From Chiloscyllium plagiosum (Eukaryota), in assembly GCF_004010195.1 (NCBI RefSeq), contig NW_025214543.1, forward strand, positions 1 through 32,296: DNA of 32,296 bases. The letters run 5' to 3'. Positions 10,040 to 22,117 of the stretch are shown one piece after another. A program made the position numbers and the translations under genes. The notes beneath the pieces were generated by a model, which was not told the DNA's origin, did no database searches, and saw only the letters and a program-made list of their open reading frames with translations. Each line of letters opens with the position of its first letter. The stretch's first letter is position 1.

Positions 10040-10760
10040 CCATCAAGTTCCGCATAGCTCATATAATCTATGCTCTGATGAATAAAGGTTATGTTTACGT
10101 CCCCGATCCTTTCTCAAATTGTGTATTAACCTGTTCAGTCACATTCAGGGATGTGTGGAGAAGCACCCTCTAAGCATCCTCCTGTGCTGCCATTCATTGA
10201 GTACTCCCCTGTCTGGTTCCTTCTTCTAAAGTGTATCATCTCATATTTATCAGGGTTACATTCCATCTGCTATTGATCTGTCCATCTGACCATTCCATCT
10301 GTATCTTCCTGTAACATAAAGCCTTCCTCCTCACTGCCAACCACCCGGCTAATCTTTGTATCAAACACAAACTTAGTTGTCATACTCCCGCCAACCCCGT
10401 CTGTATTCAAAGCTGCATCATTTATGGGTACCACAAATAAGAAGGTTATAGTTCACAAAACACCAGGTTATAGTCCAACAGGTTTACTCAGAGGCACGAG
10501 CTTCGAAGGGGTGCTTTTTCATCAGGTGTTATACACTTTGAAAGCACGTGCCTCTGAATAAACCTGCAGGACTATAACCTGATGTTATGTGATTTTTAGG
10601 TTTGTGCACCCCAGTCCAACACGAGCACCTCCGAATCACAAATAATAAGGGACACTGCACTGATCCCTGTGATACACCATTGGACACCGGTTATAGTCAC
10701 ACTAACAGCCTTCAACCACTACCCTCCGTCTCCTTACACTAAGTTGATTTGGATGCAACT
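10040..10760 (-). mobile_element. CR1 RT fragment interrupted by a PLE insert
   Basis: Minus strand shows GVSQGSVQCPLL, a KF-DTKIS remnant and QMECNPDKYE. Confidence 0.75.
10446..10636. mobile_element. Second-family Penelope-like inverted insert with 14-bp TSD
   Basis: Arms ~10453-10504 and ~10540-10592 are inverted; cacaaataa(g/t)aagg at 10432-10445 and 10637-10650; decayed CTGATGA...GAAGCTC core on the minus strand at 10495-10528. Confidence 0.8.
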
Positions 10761-10934
10761 TGGCAAGTCACTAATGACTCCTACCTGTTCCCTTGTTATT
10801 CTTTCCTGCTTGACACACTTGCAGAATATCTGGGGATTCTCCCTAATCTTACCCTGCCAGCAGGTTTCTATGCTCCTGTTTTCGGCAGTTCTCACCGAAT
10901 GATGAATTTCCTCATTATTACGGTCTTAAGTGGC

Positions 10935-11225
10935 CAATCCCTTATCTTGCCATTATTTGCCCTGAATGTGGGTTAGACAGCCAGGGAAGCATTCTGTTCA
11001 TTTCCAAATTGTCATATGTTTTGTGAATTTTCCAAATTACACTGTGACCCACCTCTCATTCGTTGAAACTCTGGAGAACATAGGCTGAGTTTCCTCATCA
11101 GGCAACCTCGCCATCTGTGGCATTAATCTGGAGAACGTCCATTGCACTTTTTTTTTGTGGTCAGTATATTCTTTCTCAGATTGGGTCACCAACACTGTAC
11201 ACAATGGGTGCAGGTTTGGAAGGTT
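10935..11225 (-). mobile_element. CR1 3' fragment, decayed
   Basis: ORF 11037-11243 reads VQWTFSRLMPQMARLPDEE (consensus VQRRFTRLIPGM-GL-YEE). Confidence 0.65.
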
Positions 11226-11230
11226 CATTT

Positions 11231-11415
11231 CCAGATGTTTCATTACCTTACATCTTCAGTGGATCTCATGCGAAGCAATGCTGAAATTTCCTGCTTTCTA
11301 TTTGCATGTTTGGTTTTCTTTGGGTTGTTGATGTCAATTCCTGTGGTGATGTTATTTCCTGTGGTGAAGTCACTTGCTGTTGCTTTTCTCAGGTGGTGGT
11401 AGATGGGGTCTAACA
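11231..11415 (-). mobile_element. Third-family Penelope-like 3' fragment with decayed hammerhead
   Basis: LDPIYHHLRKATASD resembles a PLE ORF C-terminus; followed on the minus strand by cca-CTGAAGA-tgtaaggtaat-GAAACATC-tgg (11231-11262). Confidence 0.6.
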
Positions 11416-11479
11416 ACCAATAGCACATCTAGTTAGACATCTGTCAGAAATACATACGGATTCTCTCCATTGTTGCTGT

Positions 11480-12290
11480 AATTTCTAAATATCCAGTATC
11501 ACACGCTGTATAATAGATTCCAATAGTTTCCCTGCAGATGTGAAGTTAATTGGTCGGCAGTTCTCCAAACTATGTCTTCTTCCCTTTATAGATGCTTGGA
11601 TCCTTTCCATTAATCTATAGTGCTTGGACCACATTTACTAACTTCTATTTATCTGCAATGGATTCCGGCCTCTGCAGAATGCACAGGAAAATAAAACAGT
11701 CTCGACAATGCATTTAATACTTCTATTACTGATTTATGCCTGACATTTTAATATGAAGTACATCAGGCTTGTCAGACTTAGCAATGCTCAATCCAGTTAC
11801 ACTTTCAAATATTACCTTGTTATGGATATAAATTGACTTTATGTCTTTAGTTGCACAAGCCCCACAATATCACTGGGTATTACTGGGTGATTTTGTGGAT
11901 CTTCCTCCATGAAGACTGATGCATAGTAACTGATTATTTTCTTGACGATTTCCCTGTTCTTCACAATAAACTCTCCTCTCCTGATTACAAATTTCCATAT
12001 TTAACCTTGCTTTTACTTTGTTTCCTTTGAAATACAAGATTGTAGACTTATGCAGTGTTTTTGTTCCTGTTTGTTAGCATTCATGTTCTCTTTCTGATTT
12101 CCTGATCAGTTTCAAGGCCCTCGTTTCTGGATCGTGAATTTCTGAAAATTCTCAGGTTTCCACAATGACCGAAATTCTTCTGAAGCCACTTCCTATGATT
12201 AATACATTTTCGAATTTGTTATGTTAAACATCATTGTGTCACTTTTCCTTTCTTTAGTGTTTGTTCCTGAAATAAATAGACGTATTTTTC
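11480..12290 (-). mobile_element. Old CR1 ORF2 fragment
   Basis: Minus strand shows NQLLCISLHGG / YASVFMEE, KSDKPD and ENCRPINFTS remnants. Confidence 0.6.
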
Positions 12291-12591
12291 AGACTTTGTA
12301 TTTCGATTAATCTCCTGGTCTGACCAGATATATTCAGGAACACTGCAGGAGGACAGAGAAGGAATTGTGGGAGCCCTGGCTGATAGCTTTGCATCATCTC
12401 TGATCAACGGGTGAGGTCCCGGAGCACTGGAAGGTAGCGAAAGCTGTGCCCTCTACTCAAGAAAGGTTACAAAGAAAAACCTGAGAACTATAGACCAGTA
12501 AACCTAAAATCTGTGGTAGGTATCTTACTGGAAAAGGTTCTGAGAGATAAGATTTCCATGCATTTGGAAAGAAAGGGTGTGATTCGGAGTA

Positions 12592-12665
12592 AGATTAGAG
12601 TAGTGCTAGAAAAGCACAGCACTCGAGAAACAGGAAAATCAATGTTTCAGGCAAAAGCCCATCAT
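12592..12665 (-). mobile_element. Short PLE pLTR fragment inside CR1
   Basis: gattagagtagtgctagaaaagcacagc...aatcaatgtttcaggcaaaagccc interrupts the CR1 IRS/QHGF codons. Confidence 0.75.
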
Positions 12666-13237
12666 TAAACTCAGCACGGCTTTGTGCATGGGAGATCATG
12701 GCTCACAAATTTGTTCGCATTCTTTGATGATGTGACTAGCAACGTTGAGGGGGGCAGGGTGGTATACGTAGTCTATATGAATTCCAGGAAGGCCTTCAAT
12801 AAGGTTCCACATGGTATGCTGCTCTGGACGGTTAGATTGCATGAAATTTAGGAGGAGCTGCCAAATTAGATACAAAATTGTCTTGATGGTAGGAAGCAGA
12901 GGTTAAGAGTGGAAGGATGCTTGTCAGACTGGAGGTCTGTGACTAGTGGAATGCCTCACGGGTTGTTGCTGCGACCACTGCATATTACATATATCTATAA
13001 TTTAGATGAGAATATATAGGCATGATTTGTAAGTTTGAAGATGACACGAAAATAAGCAGCATCATAGAGAGTGAGGAAGGTTATCAGAAACTTCAGAAAG
13101 TACAGCAGTATCTTGATCAGCTGTAGAAGTGGCTGAGAAATGGCAAATGGATTTTAATATTGATCAGTGTAAGTTCTTGCATTTTAGAAAGTCAAATCAA
13201 ATTTGGAGTTTCATGGCGAAGGGTTGGGTCCTAAGGA

Positions 13238-13405
13238 GTTGGGTTCCACTATTACCCTCTGCTTCCTACCATCAAGACAATTTTGTATCTAATTTGGCAG
13301 CTCCTCCTAAATTTCCTGAAGAAGGGCTTATGCCCGAAACGTCGATTCTCCTGTTCCCTGGATGCTGCCTGACCTGCTGCGCTTTTCCAGCAACACATTT
13401 TGAGC
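13238..13405 (+). mobile_element. PLE fragment fused to an inverted copy of nearby host DNA, 9-bp TSD
   Basis: tcctaagga at 13229-13237 and 13406-13414; 13244-13315 is the reverse complement of 12843-12914; the PLE part runs 13316-13405. Confidence 0.88.
13316..13343 (+). ncRNA. Minimal type I hammerhead ribozyme core (PLE-associated, palindromic stem III)
   Basis: CUGAAGA-A-GGGC-UUAU-GCCC-GAA-ACGU-C: intact catalytic core, 4-bp stem II, self-complementary ACGU stem III, predicted GUC cleavage site; stem I is only 2 bp in this context. Confidence 0.7.
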
Positions 13406-15118
13406 TCCTAAGGACTGTAGTGGAACAGAGGGACCTTGGAATTCAGGTGCATGGTTCTCTAAAAGTTGATTCAAAGGTAGACAGGGCAGTCAAGAAAGCT
13501 TTTGGCACACTGGCCTTCATCAGTGTACATCACTAAGTATGTAAATTAGGGAGTTACGTTGCAATTATACAGGATGCTGGTGAGACCATACTGGGAACGT
13601 TATGTTCAGTTGTGTTCACTTTGCTATGGGAAGGATGATATTAAACTGGAAAGAGTGCAGAAGAAATTTACAAGGATGTTGCAAAGGACTCAACGGTCTG
13701 AGATATAAGGAGAGGTTGGTCAAGCTCAGACTTTTTACTTTAGATGTATGAGGCTGAGGGGGAATCTGCTAGAAGTGTATAAGATCATGGGAGGGATGGA
13801 CAAAGTGAATGCACTCATTTTTTTTCCCCCAGGGTTAGGCAATCACGGACAAGAGGGCATCAGTTTAAGGTCAGAGGGGAAACAATAAAAGGGAACCTGA
13901 GGATCAACTGCTTTTCACACAGGGGTGATACGCATATGGAATGATGTGCCAGTGGAAGAGGTTGAGGCGGGAACATTCGCAACATTTAAAAGCCATTTGG
14001 ACAAATACACGGACAGGAAAGGATTAGAAAAATACAGAGCAATGGCAGGGAAATGGGGTTAGCGTGGGTGGACATTTTGGTCGGAATGGATCAGTTTGGG
14101 CCGAAGGCTCTATCTCCGTGCTGTCGGACTCTATGACTCTAACAACCATTGCTTGTGTCCCACTGAATGTTATATTGTACTTTCCCAATTCACTGGAGCG
14201 AACTTGACCCTCCAGGCTACCATGATGATTGACCAGAATGTTCAAGCATTCCATTTTATATGCAGACACCGTGTAAAATGCACCTTATTAATGTCTCTAT
14301 TCCTTAAAAGCTGTTTCAGAGCAAGGTTATTAATTCATTCTTCTGGTCACACAACACCAAATCCAAAATAACCTGCTCTCTCGTTTGCTTCACAACATAC
14401 TCATATGCTCATACTCAACCCATCTCATATGCACTTACAGAATTTACTTTTCACAGCGGGAGCAGTCACTTAGTTAATGCAGTTTAGACACAACTTGAGA
14501 CTAACCAACAAAACTGCAGTATCCATGATACTTGCATATTTAATTTCCAGAACATATGATGCTCAGATTTCCTGCAACCGTTTTGGTTTCGATATATAAC
14601 ACACCAATATTTGCTTCTCCTTGCTATTTTTAAGCTCTAGCTAAACTGATTCTGTGGAATCTGAGGGACAGCTCTGTTTCATTATTAATGAGAGACTTGG
14701 ACCAGATATTCAGGGCGGCTCACCTCGACACTGAGATGATCTGAAGAAATACAGGACAAGCATCAATAACCTTCCCACTCTGTCAGGATAAAGGTCACCG
14801 TATTCTCTCTGCTCCCTCACACTCACTGTGTATCTGTTATAGCACATACCCCCAGACAATCCTCATGCTCTATTTCCAAATAAGGCTCAGGCACTACCAC
14901 ACTCACTATTGAATTCAGCAACTTCCTTCCCACACTTTCTCTGTCACCTACGCAATACACCCCACACTAATAATACTAATAATACTATATGGATTCAAAC
15001 TGTTGACTGACTCATTCCGGACACCTCACAACTCCCCCCAGCCCCACCTACACCAGCACTAACTGCAGGGCCACCCACTCCTGCCCTCACTTCCTCCTCC
15101 CTTTCTCCCATTCCAAGA

Positions 15119-15446
15119 GGGCGGCACGGTGGCACAGTGGTTAGCACTGCTGCCTCACAGCACCAGAGACCTGGGTTCAATTCCCGCCTCAGGCGACTGA
15201 CTGTGTGGAGTTTGCACATTCTCCCAGTGTCTGCGTGGGTTTCCTCCGGGTGCTCTGGTTTCCTCCCACAGTCCAAAGATGTGCAGGTCAGGTGAATTGG
15301 CCATGCTAAATTGCCCGTAGTGTTAGGTAAGGGGCAAATGAAGGGGTATGGGTGGGTTGCGCTTCGGCGGGACGGTGTGGAGTTGTTGGGCTGAAGGGCC
15401 TGTTTCCACACTGTAAGTAATCTAAAAAAATCTAATCTAATCTAAT
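15119..15446 (+). mobile_element. Full-length HE1-type V-SINE
   Basis: A box tggcacagtgg 15130-15140, B box ggttcaattcc 15174-15184, V-domain (tgtgtggagtttgcacattctcc...gggtttcctccgggtgctc), CR1-like tail with (aatct)n. Confidence 0.93.
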
Positions 15447-15689
15447 TATAGAAACAGTCTGGAATCGGACAGAAATGGCCAAGCCGGGTGGTGGAGTTCC
15501 CAATATCCATTCCCTCACCCGTCTAACTCCGCCATAGTACAAGATGGAGTGGACTGGGATAACTCGCGTGGAGTTTCTGAAACATCCATATCCCACTGAC
15601 CAATTAAGGAGCAGTGCTCAGTAAAAGACAATTCTCACTCTAAACCCACTGGCAGTTCCAACGACAGTCCTTTCACTTCGCCCCAAAAA

Positions 15690-15952
15690 AATACAGATGC
15701 AGACACTGAAATACACAGAATTATTGGTAAACTCCCCAACATACGAACAAGCACAATACATACAAGGGGATCGGCAGACTCACACGTAGAAACACACAGA
15801 CATATAGAGTCACACACAAATAGACACAAACACAGATACAACACACAGGCCTTTGCACAGAAAGACAGACGTAGATGGACAAATACACAGGTAACAAGCA
15901 GATGGGGACACACACACAATCACACACACACAATCACACACACGCAGACACG
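15690..15952. repeat. Degenerate (AC)n microsatellite
   Basis: Direct inspection. Confidence 0.8.
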
Positions 15953-15954
15953 AG

Positions 15955-16115
15955 TGTCATTAAGACACCAATAGATAAGTTTTTGATTTATAAGGCGATC
16001 TAGATTCTCGGGGGAAGGCAGGAGAATGACGTTGAGGGACATATAAGAAATGATTGAATGGCCTATCAGACTCGATGGGCCGAATGGCCTCATTCTGCTA
16101 CATTTTTCATGCTCA
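15955..16115 (+). mobile_element. CR1 3' tail
   Basis: gggggaaggcaggagaatg...tgattgaatggc...gactcgatgggccgaatggcct. Confidence 0.7.
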
Positions 16116-16399
16116 TGTGGTGTTATGCTATCAGGTATTCTCTTCCTGAGACAGCGACAGAGGCTGGGTTTGATATATATTCAATTCGAAAGGGTCAGTG
16201 GCAATGTGCGACAGGTTTGGAGTCCAGAATGGTTTATGTTTATTCCTAATTACTCTTTCCTTATTTCTGAAAAGAGGTGGTGATTTGATGTTCAGTTTTA
16301 AAATAACAGGTCTCACAAAGAAATAAGGACGTCCCTTTCACTTTAGTGTTGTGCTACCTGTGGTGTCCTCATCCTCAGGGAGCAGTGAAGACTCTTTTA

Positions 16400-17146
16400 T
16401 AGAGTCGGAGAGTCACAGCGATATTCAGCATGGAAGCAGACCTTTCGGTCCGACCCGTCCATGCCGACCAGATATCCTAACCCAATCTAGTCCCACCTGT
16501 CAACACCCAGCTCATATCCCTCCAAACCCTTCCTATTCTTATACCCATCCAAATGCCTCTTAAATGTTGCAATTGTACCAACCTCCACCACATCCTCTGG
16601 CAGCTCAGTTCATATACGTACCACCCTCTGCGTGAAAACGTTGCCCTTTAGTTCTCTTTTATATCTTTCACCCTAAACCTCTGCCCTCTAGTTCAGGACT
16701 CCCTGACCCCAGGGAAAAGACTTCGTCTATTTATCCTATCCATGCCCCTCACAATTTTGTAAACCTCCATAAAGTCACCCCTCAGCCTCCGACGCTCCAG
16801 GGAAAACAGCCCCAGCCTGTTCAGCCTCTCCATATATCTCAAATCTTCCAACCCTGGCAATATCCTTGTAAATCTTTTCTGAACCCTTTCAAGCTTCACA
16901 ACATTGTCCAATAGGTAGGAGACTAGAATTGCACGCCATATTCCAACAGTTGCCTTACCAATGTCCTGTCCAGCAGCAACATTACCTCCCTATTCCAGTA
17001 CTCAATACTCTGACCAATAAAGGAAAACATACCAAACGCCTTCTTCACTATCCTATCTACCCGCGACTCCACTTTCAAAGAGCTATGAACCTGCACTCTT
17101 TGTTCAGCAGCACACGCGATGACCTTACCATTAAGTGCATAAGTCT
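16400..17146 (-). mobile_element. CR1 (HER1-like) LINE 3' end, relatively young
   Basis: ORF 16693-16911 VVKLERVQKRFTRILPGLEDL..ERLNRLGLFSLERRRLRGD; close to the reverse complement of 23377-24115. Confidence 0.92.
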
Positions 17147-17589
17147 GAGCTTGACTGATCTTTGCTGGACAGGACAGTCAATGTTTATTGGGAACAGACA
17201 GGAGACGGATAGACAAACACACTTAGATCAGCCATGAGCATTCTGAATGGTACAGCCAAATGGCCAACTGCTGCCCCTACGCCATTCGTTGTTCCTCAAT
17301 TCAGCCCTCAAGGCTGTTACAGAGATATACTGCTACCCTAACCACATGTGTACAAGAGCAGACATGTAACCAATTCATTGAGTTGTGTAAATCCAATAAT
17401 AGGATCATTGTATTTAGTCATTTCAATTCCAAACATTCATTAGGGCAGTGAATGTTTTTTAAGAGGGGAAACATGTTCTAAACAACGCTTCTAAAAATTC
17501 AAATAGTACATTTCCCCCATATCACCCCCCAACATCCTTATCTATTCTGCCATTTATATTCACACCAACAAATAAAATTCACACCAACT

Positions 17590-17656
17590 GGAATCGAAAT
17601 CGGGTCACTGGTGCTATAAGGCAGCCATGCTAACCACTGAGTCATCGTGCTGCCCC
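17590..17656 (-). mobile_element. tRNA-like head of an HE1-type SINE
   Basis: Reverse complement gggcagcacgatgactcagtggttagcatggctgcc...ttcgattcc matches 15119-15184. Confidence 0.75.
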
Positions 17657-17744
17657 CATGTAACCTTATAGAGGTCTAACGATCCTTGTGTCCTCAAACT
17701 TATGGAAGCGTCATTCTTCGTCTGGACGAGATGTTGTACATCCC

Positions 17745-18133
17745 TTAGAACCTTATCAAATGCTTTGCTGAAGTCCATGTAGATAATATTGACTGCTCTG
17801 CCTTCATCTATCTCTTGGCCACCTCTTCAAAAAGTCAATCCGGTCTGTGAAATACGGTTTTCCACTCACAAAGCCATGCTGACCATCTCTAATCAGCCTT
17901 TGCCTTTCCAGATATATGTAGTTCCTTTCTCTCAGAATCTCCTCCAACAATTTACCGAGCACTGGGCTCACTGGGCTGTAATTTCCTGGCTTTTCCCTGC
18001 AGCCCTTAAGTGATTAAACAGCATTAACCACCCTCCAGTCTTCCGGCACCTCACTGTGTTCGTTGATAATATAAATATCTCTGTTCGCGACACTGCAATC
18101 TCTTCCCTAGCTTCCCACAATATTCTAGGATAA
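17745..18133 (-). mobile_element. CR1 RT fragment
   Basis: YPRILWEAREEIA, QHGFVSGK and IIYMDFSKAFDKV on the minus strand. Confidence 0.85.
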
Positions 18134-18149
18134 GCCTCAGTCTGAAAAA

Positions 18150-18630
18150 GATAGCTTACAGGGTCATCAGGTAATAGAGAAGGCAAATAAAATGCTGCGA
18201 CTTATTACAAAGGGAATAGAGTCTAAAAATAGGAAGGTCTTGCTAAAACTATACGAGATATGAGTCAGACCACACTCAGAATACTATGAACAGTGTGAGT
18301 GCCCAAAGAAAAGATATGCTTATATTGGAGGCAGGTCAGAGAAGGGTCCCTTGGTTGATCCTGGGAATGGATGAATTTCCCAATAAGAGGTGGAGTAGGT
18401 TGAGGTTGAACTCATTGAAGTTTAGAAAACATGAGAGAAAAAATGAATGTAAGATTCAAGATTCGGAAGAGCTTTGATCAGGTAGATGCTGGAAAGTAGG
18501 AAATTAGAAAGTACAGCACAACAATAGGCCCTTCGGCCCACCATGGCTGTGCCGACCATAAGGATATTCTCAACACATGCCATCTGCCCCGACATGGTCC
18601 ATATCCCTCTATTCTTTGTCTATTCAATGA
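18150..18630. mobile_element. CR1 fragments (plus strand to ~18497, then a minus-strand tail)
   Basis: VLLKLYE..VRPH, ILEAGQRRVPWLILGM; then tagaaagtacagcacaacaataggcccttcggccca. Confidence 0.65.
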
Positions 18631-18686
18631 TGTTATTGAAAACCATCTAGTATACAATCCAGGATTCTAGCACTGATACTCATTAG

Positions 18687-19612
18687 NNNNNNNNNNNNNN
18701 NNNNNNNNNNNNNNNNNNNNNNNNNNNNNNNNNNNNNNNNNNNNNNNNNNNNNNNNNNNNNNNNNNNNNNNNNNNNNNNNNNNNNNNNNNNNNNNNNNNN
18801 NNNNNNNNNNNNNNNNNNNNNNNNNNNNNNNNNNNNNNNNNNNNNNNNNNNNNNNNNNNNNNNNNNNNNNNNNNNNNNNNNNNNNNNNNNNNNNNNNNNN
18901 NNNNNNNNNNNNNNNNNNNNNNNNNNNNNNNNNNNNNNNNNNNNNNNNNNNNNNNNNNNNNNNNNNNNNNNNNNNNNNNNNNNNNNNNNNNNNNNNNNNN
19001 NNNNNNNNNNNNNNNNNNNNNNNNNNNNNNNNNNNNNNNNNNNNNNNNNNNNNNNNNNNNNNNNNNNNNNNNNNNNNNNNNNNNNNNNNNNNNNNNNNNN
19101 NNNNNNNNNNNNNNNNNNNNNNNNNNNNNNNNNNNNNNNNNNNNNNNNNNNNNNNNNNNNNNNNNNNNNNNNNNNNNNNNNNNNNNNNNNNNNNNNNNNN
19201 NNNNNNNNNNNNNNNNNNNNNNNNNNNNNNNNNNNNNNNNNNNNNNNNNNNNNNNNNNNNNNNNNNNNNNNNNNNNNNNNNNNNNNNNNNNNNNNNNNNN
19301 NNNNNNNNNNNNNNNNNNNNNNNNNNNNNNNNNNNNNNNNNNNNNNNNNNNNNNNNNNNNNNNNNNNNNNNNNNNNNNNNNNNNNNNNNNNNNNNNNNNN
19401 NNNNNNNNNNNNNNNNNNNNNNNNNNNNNNNNNNNNNNNNNNNNNNNNNNNNNNNNNNNNNNNNNNNNNNNNNNNNNNNNNNNNNNNNNNNNNNNNNNNN
19501 NNNNNNNNNNNNNNNNNNNNNNNNNNNNNNNNNNNNNNNNNNNNNNNNNNNNNNNNNNNNNNNNNNNNNNNNNNNNNNNNNNNNNNNNNNNNNNNNNNNN
19601 NNNNNNNNNNNN
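18687..19612. other. Assembly gap (926 N)
   Basis: Run of N. Confidence 1.
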
Positions 19613-19729
19613 GCTTATGCCCGAAACGTCGATTCTCCTGTTCCCTGGATGCTGCCTGACCTGCTGCGCTTTTCCAGCAACACATTTCCAGCTCTGATCT
19701 CCAGCAACTGCAGACCTCACTTTCTCCTC
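19613..19729 (+). mobile_element. PLE pLTR fragment abutting the gap
   Basis: Nearly identical to 9529-9645; begins inside the hammerhead stem II. Confidence 0.88.
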
Positions 19730-19734
19730 AGGCA

Positions 19735-20190
19735 ATGGAGAATGCCAGGTTACTGGGTTGGAGACAGTTACACAGATGGGGAGGGTTGCACAAATTGGAA
19801 GAGGTTCCTGTGGTCAGGTGGGTTTGTGGGGAAAGGGTGAAGTTTAAATAGATTAAGACTGAAGGTTTGGAGAACAATAAGGAAGTTCTGATTTTTTCAC
19901 AGAAAAGCAAGGGTTGTAGGAGCTGGACAAGTTTACCCAGATAGGGACGGATGGAGAGGTTTAAGGCAAATGCATTGACATAGAGAGTAGTGTTGTTAGG
20001 AGAGACTTACAGGGACAGACAGGACTGTGGGGTTTACAGGGATGAAGGAATTTAGTATCCACTGGAGAAGTTTCAGGATTAGGGTGCTAGGGATTGGAGA
20101 ACCTGACAGAGACAGAGGGCATTGTGTGGACGAGAGAAGCTTCCAAACAGAGGAAGGATTATCGGGACTGGAGGATATTACAGAGATCAC
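19735..20190 (-). repeat. Degenerate ~36-bp minisatellite derived from an L2-like segment
   Basis: Recurring ggagggttgtagggctggaggaggttacagagatag-like units; the minus strand reads PPHLCNCLQPSN, like the L2 motif PPYLCNLLQPYN. Confidence 0.6.
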
Positions 20191-20401
20191 TACTACAACA
20201 TGGGCCAGGATTGATGCTTGGGGCTTCTGTGCTGTCTCAGTGAGGACCAGTACAGCAAAGGTTACAAGATGGTGGAAATGAAGCCTAGAATGTTTCTGTT
20301 CCTTGCCCAGCAGTGTATCTATGTCCTGTCTTCAGGACATAGATACAGAATACAGAAGACCACAAACCCCTCCATGTGCTGTTTACTGTGAGTGATCTTA
20401 C

Positions 20402-20513
20402 CGGCTGCAGGATTTACTGAAGGCTCCAGACTTCACCCTCCATCTCTCTCTGGCTGACCAAGCATCTTCAATGAGGTGATGGATGAGACAGGATTTAGCA
20501 ACATTCTGATTAC
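20402..20513 (-). other. Candidate 112-nt internal exon of an unidentified transcript
   Basis: Acceptor ctaattttccattctgtctatttctctctcatgcag and donor CCG/gtaaga; one open frame NQNVAKSCLIHHLIEDAWSARERWRVKSGAFSKSCS, not recognised. Confidence 0.35.
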
Positions 20514-20904
20514 CTGCATGAGAGAGAAATAGACAGAATGGAAAATTAGACTGATGCAGTGAGGATGACTCATGAAACAGAGATCACGAAAATCCCAGTC
20601 TCTGACCCTGGTCTGTGATATTGTTGATCAGAGGATTATTTTGGCTCAGGATCTCAGACCAGCTGCAAAAGTGAGAGAAGCTGACAAAGGCAGCAATTAG
20701 ACCCACACAGTGAGGGATACCACATGGAGAGATAATGAGTGCTATCACCAGAGTGCAGGAAGGTGTCAAGATCAAACAATGGTCAGGGTGAAAGGGTTTC
20801 GATTCATGGTGCACGGGGATCAGTACTCAGTGACGAACTACGAGTGGGACAGGTGATGACCTCAGGTTATTCTCACCAGACTGTTCATCCAGAATTTAAG
20901 GCCA

Positions 20905-21128
20905 GTGTCAGCTAAACCCATCTAACTGCTTAATATCCTTTAAGGAAGGAAATCTGTTATCGACAGCAGGTCTGGCCTACATGTGACTCCAGACGCAGAG
21001 CAATGAGGTTGACTCTCAACTGCCCCCTGAAATGACCTGGCAAGCAACTCAGCTCAAGTGTAGCTCGGGGGTGGACATGAAATGCTGGCCAGAAAAAGAC
21101 AGCAACATCTCACGAGTGAATTAAAAAC
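20905..21128 (+). mobile_element. Non-HE1 shark SINE, 3' part
   Basis: aaggaaatctg...ggtctggcctacatgtgactccagac..agcaatgaggttgactctcaactgccc...aaatgctggcc with an A-rich end. Confidence 0.7.
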
Positions 21129-22117
21129 AACCGTGCTGGGAGCAGTGTCCTGGCCAATCATGTCGGTCGGTTTATGGACAGGACTTTGAACTGACAGAGA
21201 GAATGCAGGGACAAGGTTCAGTTGAAAGGAGCTTTCCAAATACAAGTAGTAAACGTAAAGCATCGGAACAGCATGGGAATGTGGCTGAAGACAAGCAGAA
21301 AGGAACAGGAAGGGACAGAGTTTAACTATAACTGTACATCAGTGAATTAGGCTGCGACAGGAAATTCTGGGAAAAACTTAGTTTCAATATTCTTTCTTTG
21401 GAATGGACGAAGCATCTGCAATAAGGTAATAGACTTGTGACATGGATTAAATAATATTCGGTCACCAAAAAGATGTGGTTACAGGAGAAACAAAAGGTGG
21501 AACATAAAGATTCTATTGTACACATCCTTGAGGGGTCTCAGGGAATGCAGGATGGGTAACCCTGACAGTAATGGGTAACAAAGGCATTACAGAGAAAGAC
21601 CTTGGCCTCAGATGATGCAGCTGAATCAGCCTGAATGCAGATTATGAGCAATACATGTCAAAAACACAAGCAGAAGAACAGTTGTTAGACTGCCTGACAT
21701 TATTTCATTTCTCAACACTGTTACACATTCCAATGAATTCCTGTGTAATGCAAAGGCACTGTGATAATTTTGGGAGACTTCAATCTTTGTCTAAAATGAT
21801 ATTCTCCGAACTCCTCTCCAAATGTTTTAGTCAGTGTTTCTTTGAACAACACATTGTGTAAATGGCCAGGGATGTGACTGTCTCAGATCGACCATTGGGT
21901 GATGAAGCTGAGTGAAGGAATAATGTCACACTGAGATATCGTCTGGGAAATTGTAGTATAGTGGAATTCAAAGAGATGATGAATTTTAAAGTGACCACAA
22001 AGCACATCCTGCAATCACAACCAAAGCCATTGACATGTATTTGAGAGGAGAACTGACCAAGGTAAACAGGGGAAACAGTGATGTGTATGGCTGGTAACGG
22101 ACAGTGGAAAACATTTA

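Larger units (their letters stand above)
12310..14140 (+). mobile_element. 5'-truncated CR1 (HER1-like) LINE, RT to 3' tail, with two nested PLE inserts
   Basis: PENYRPVNL-SVVG, QHGFVHGRS, VYMNSRKAFNKVPH, KFEDDTKI, AEKWQMDFN, LERVQKKFTRML; tail ends in gactctatgactct. Confidence 0.92.

Noticed and set aside
15119..15190. tRNA gene
   Set aside because: The A/B boxes run directly into the V-domain and LINE tail, so this is a SINE head.
18633..19735. Two 350-aa ORFs
   Set aside because: They are artefacts of translating through the N gap.
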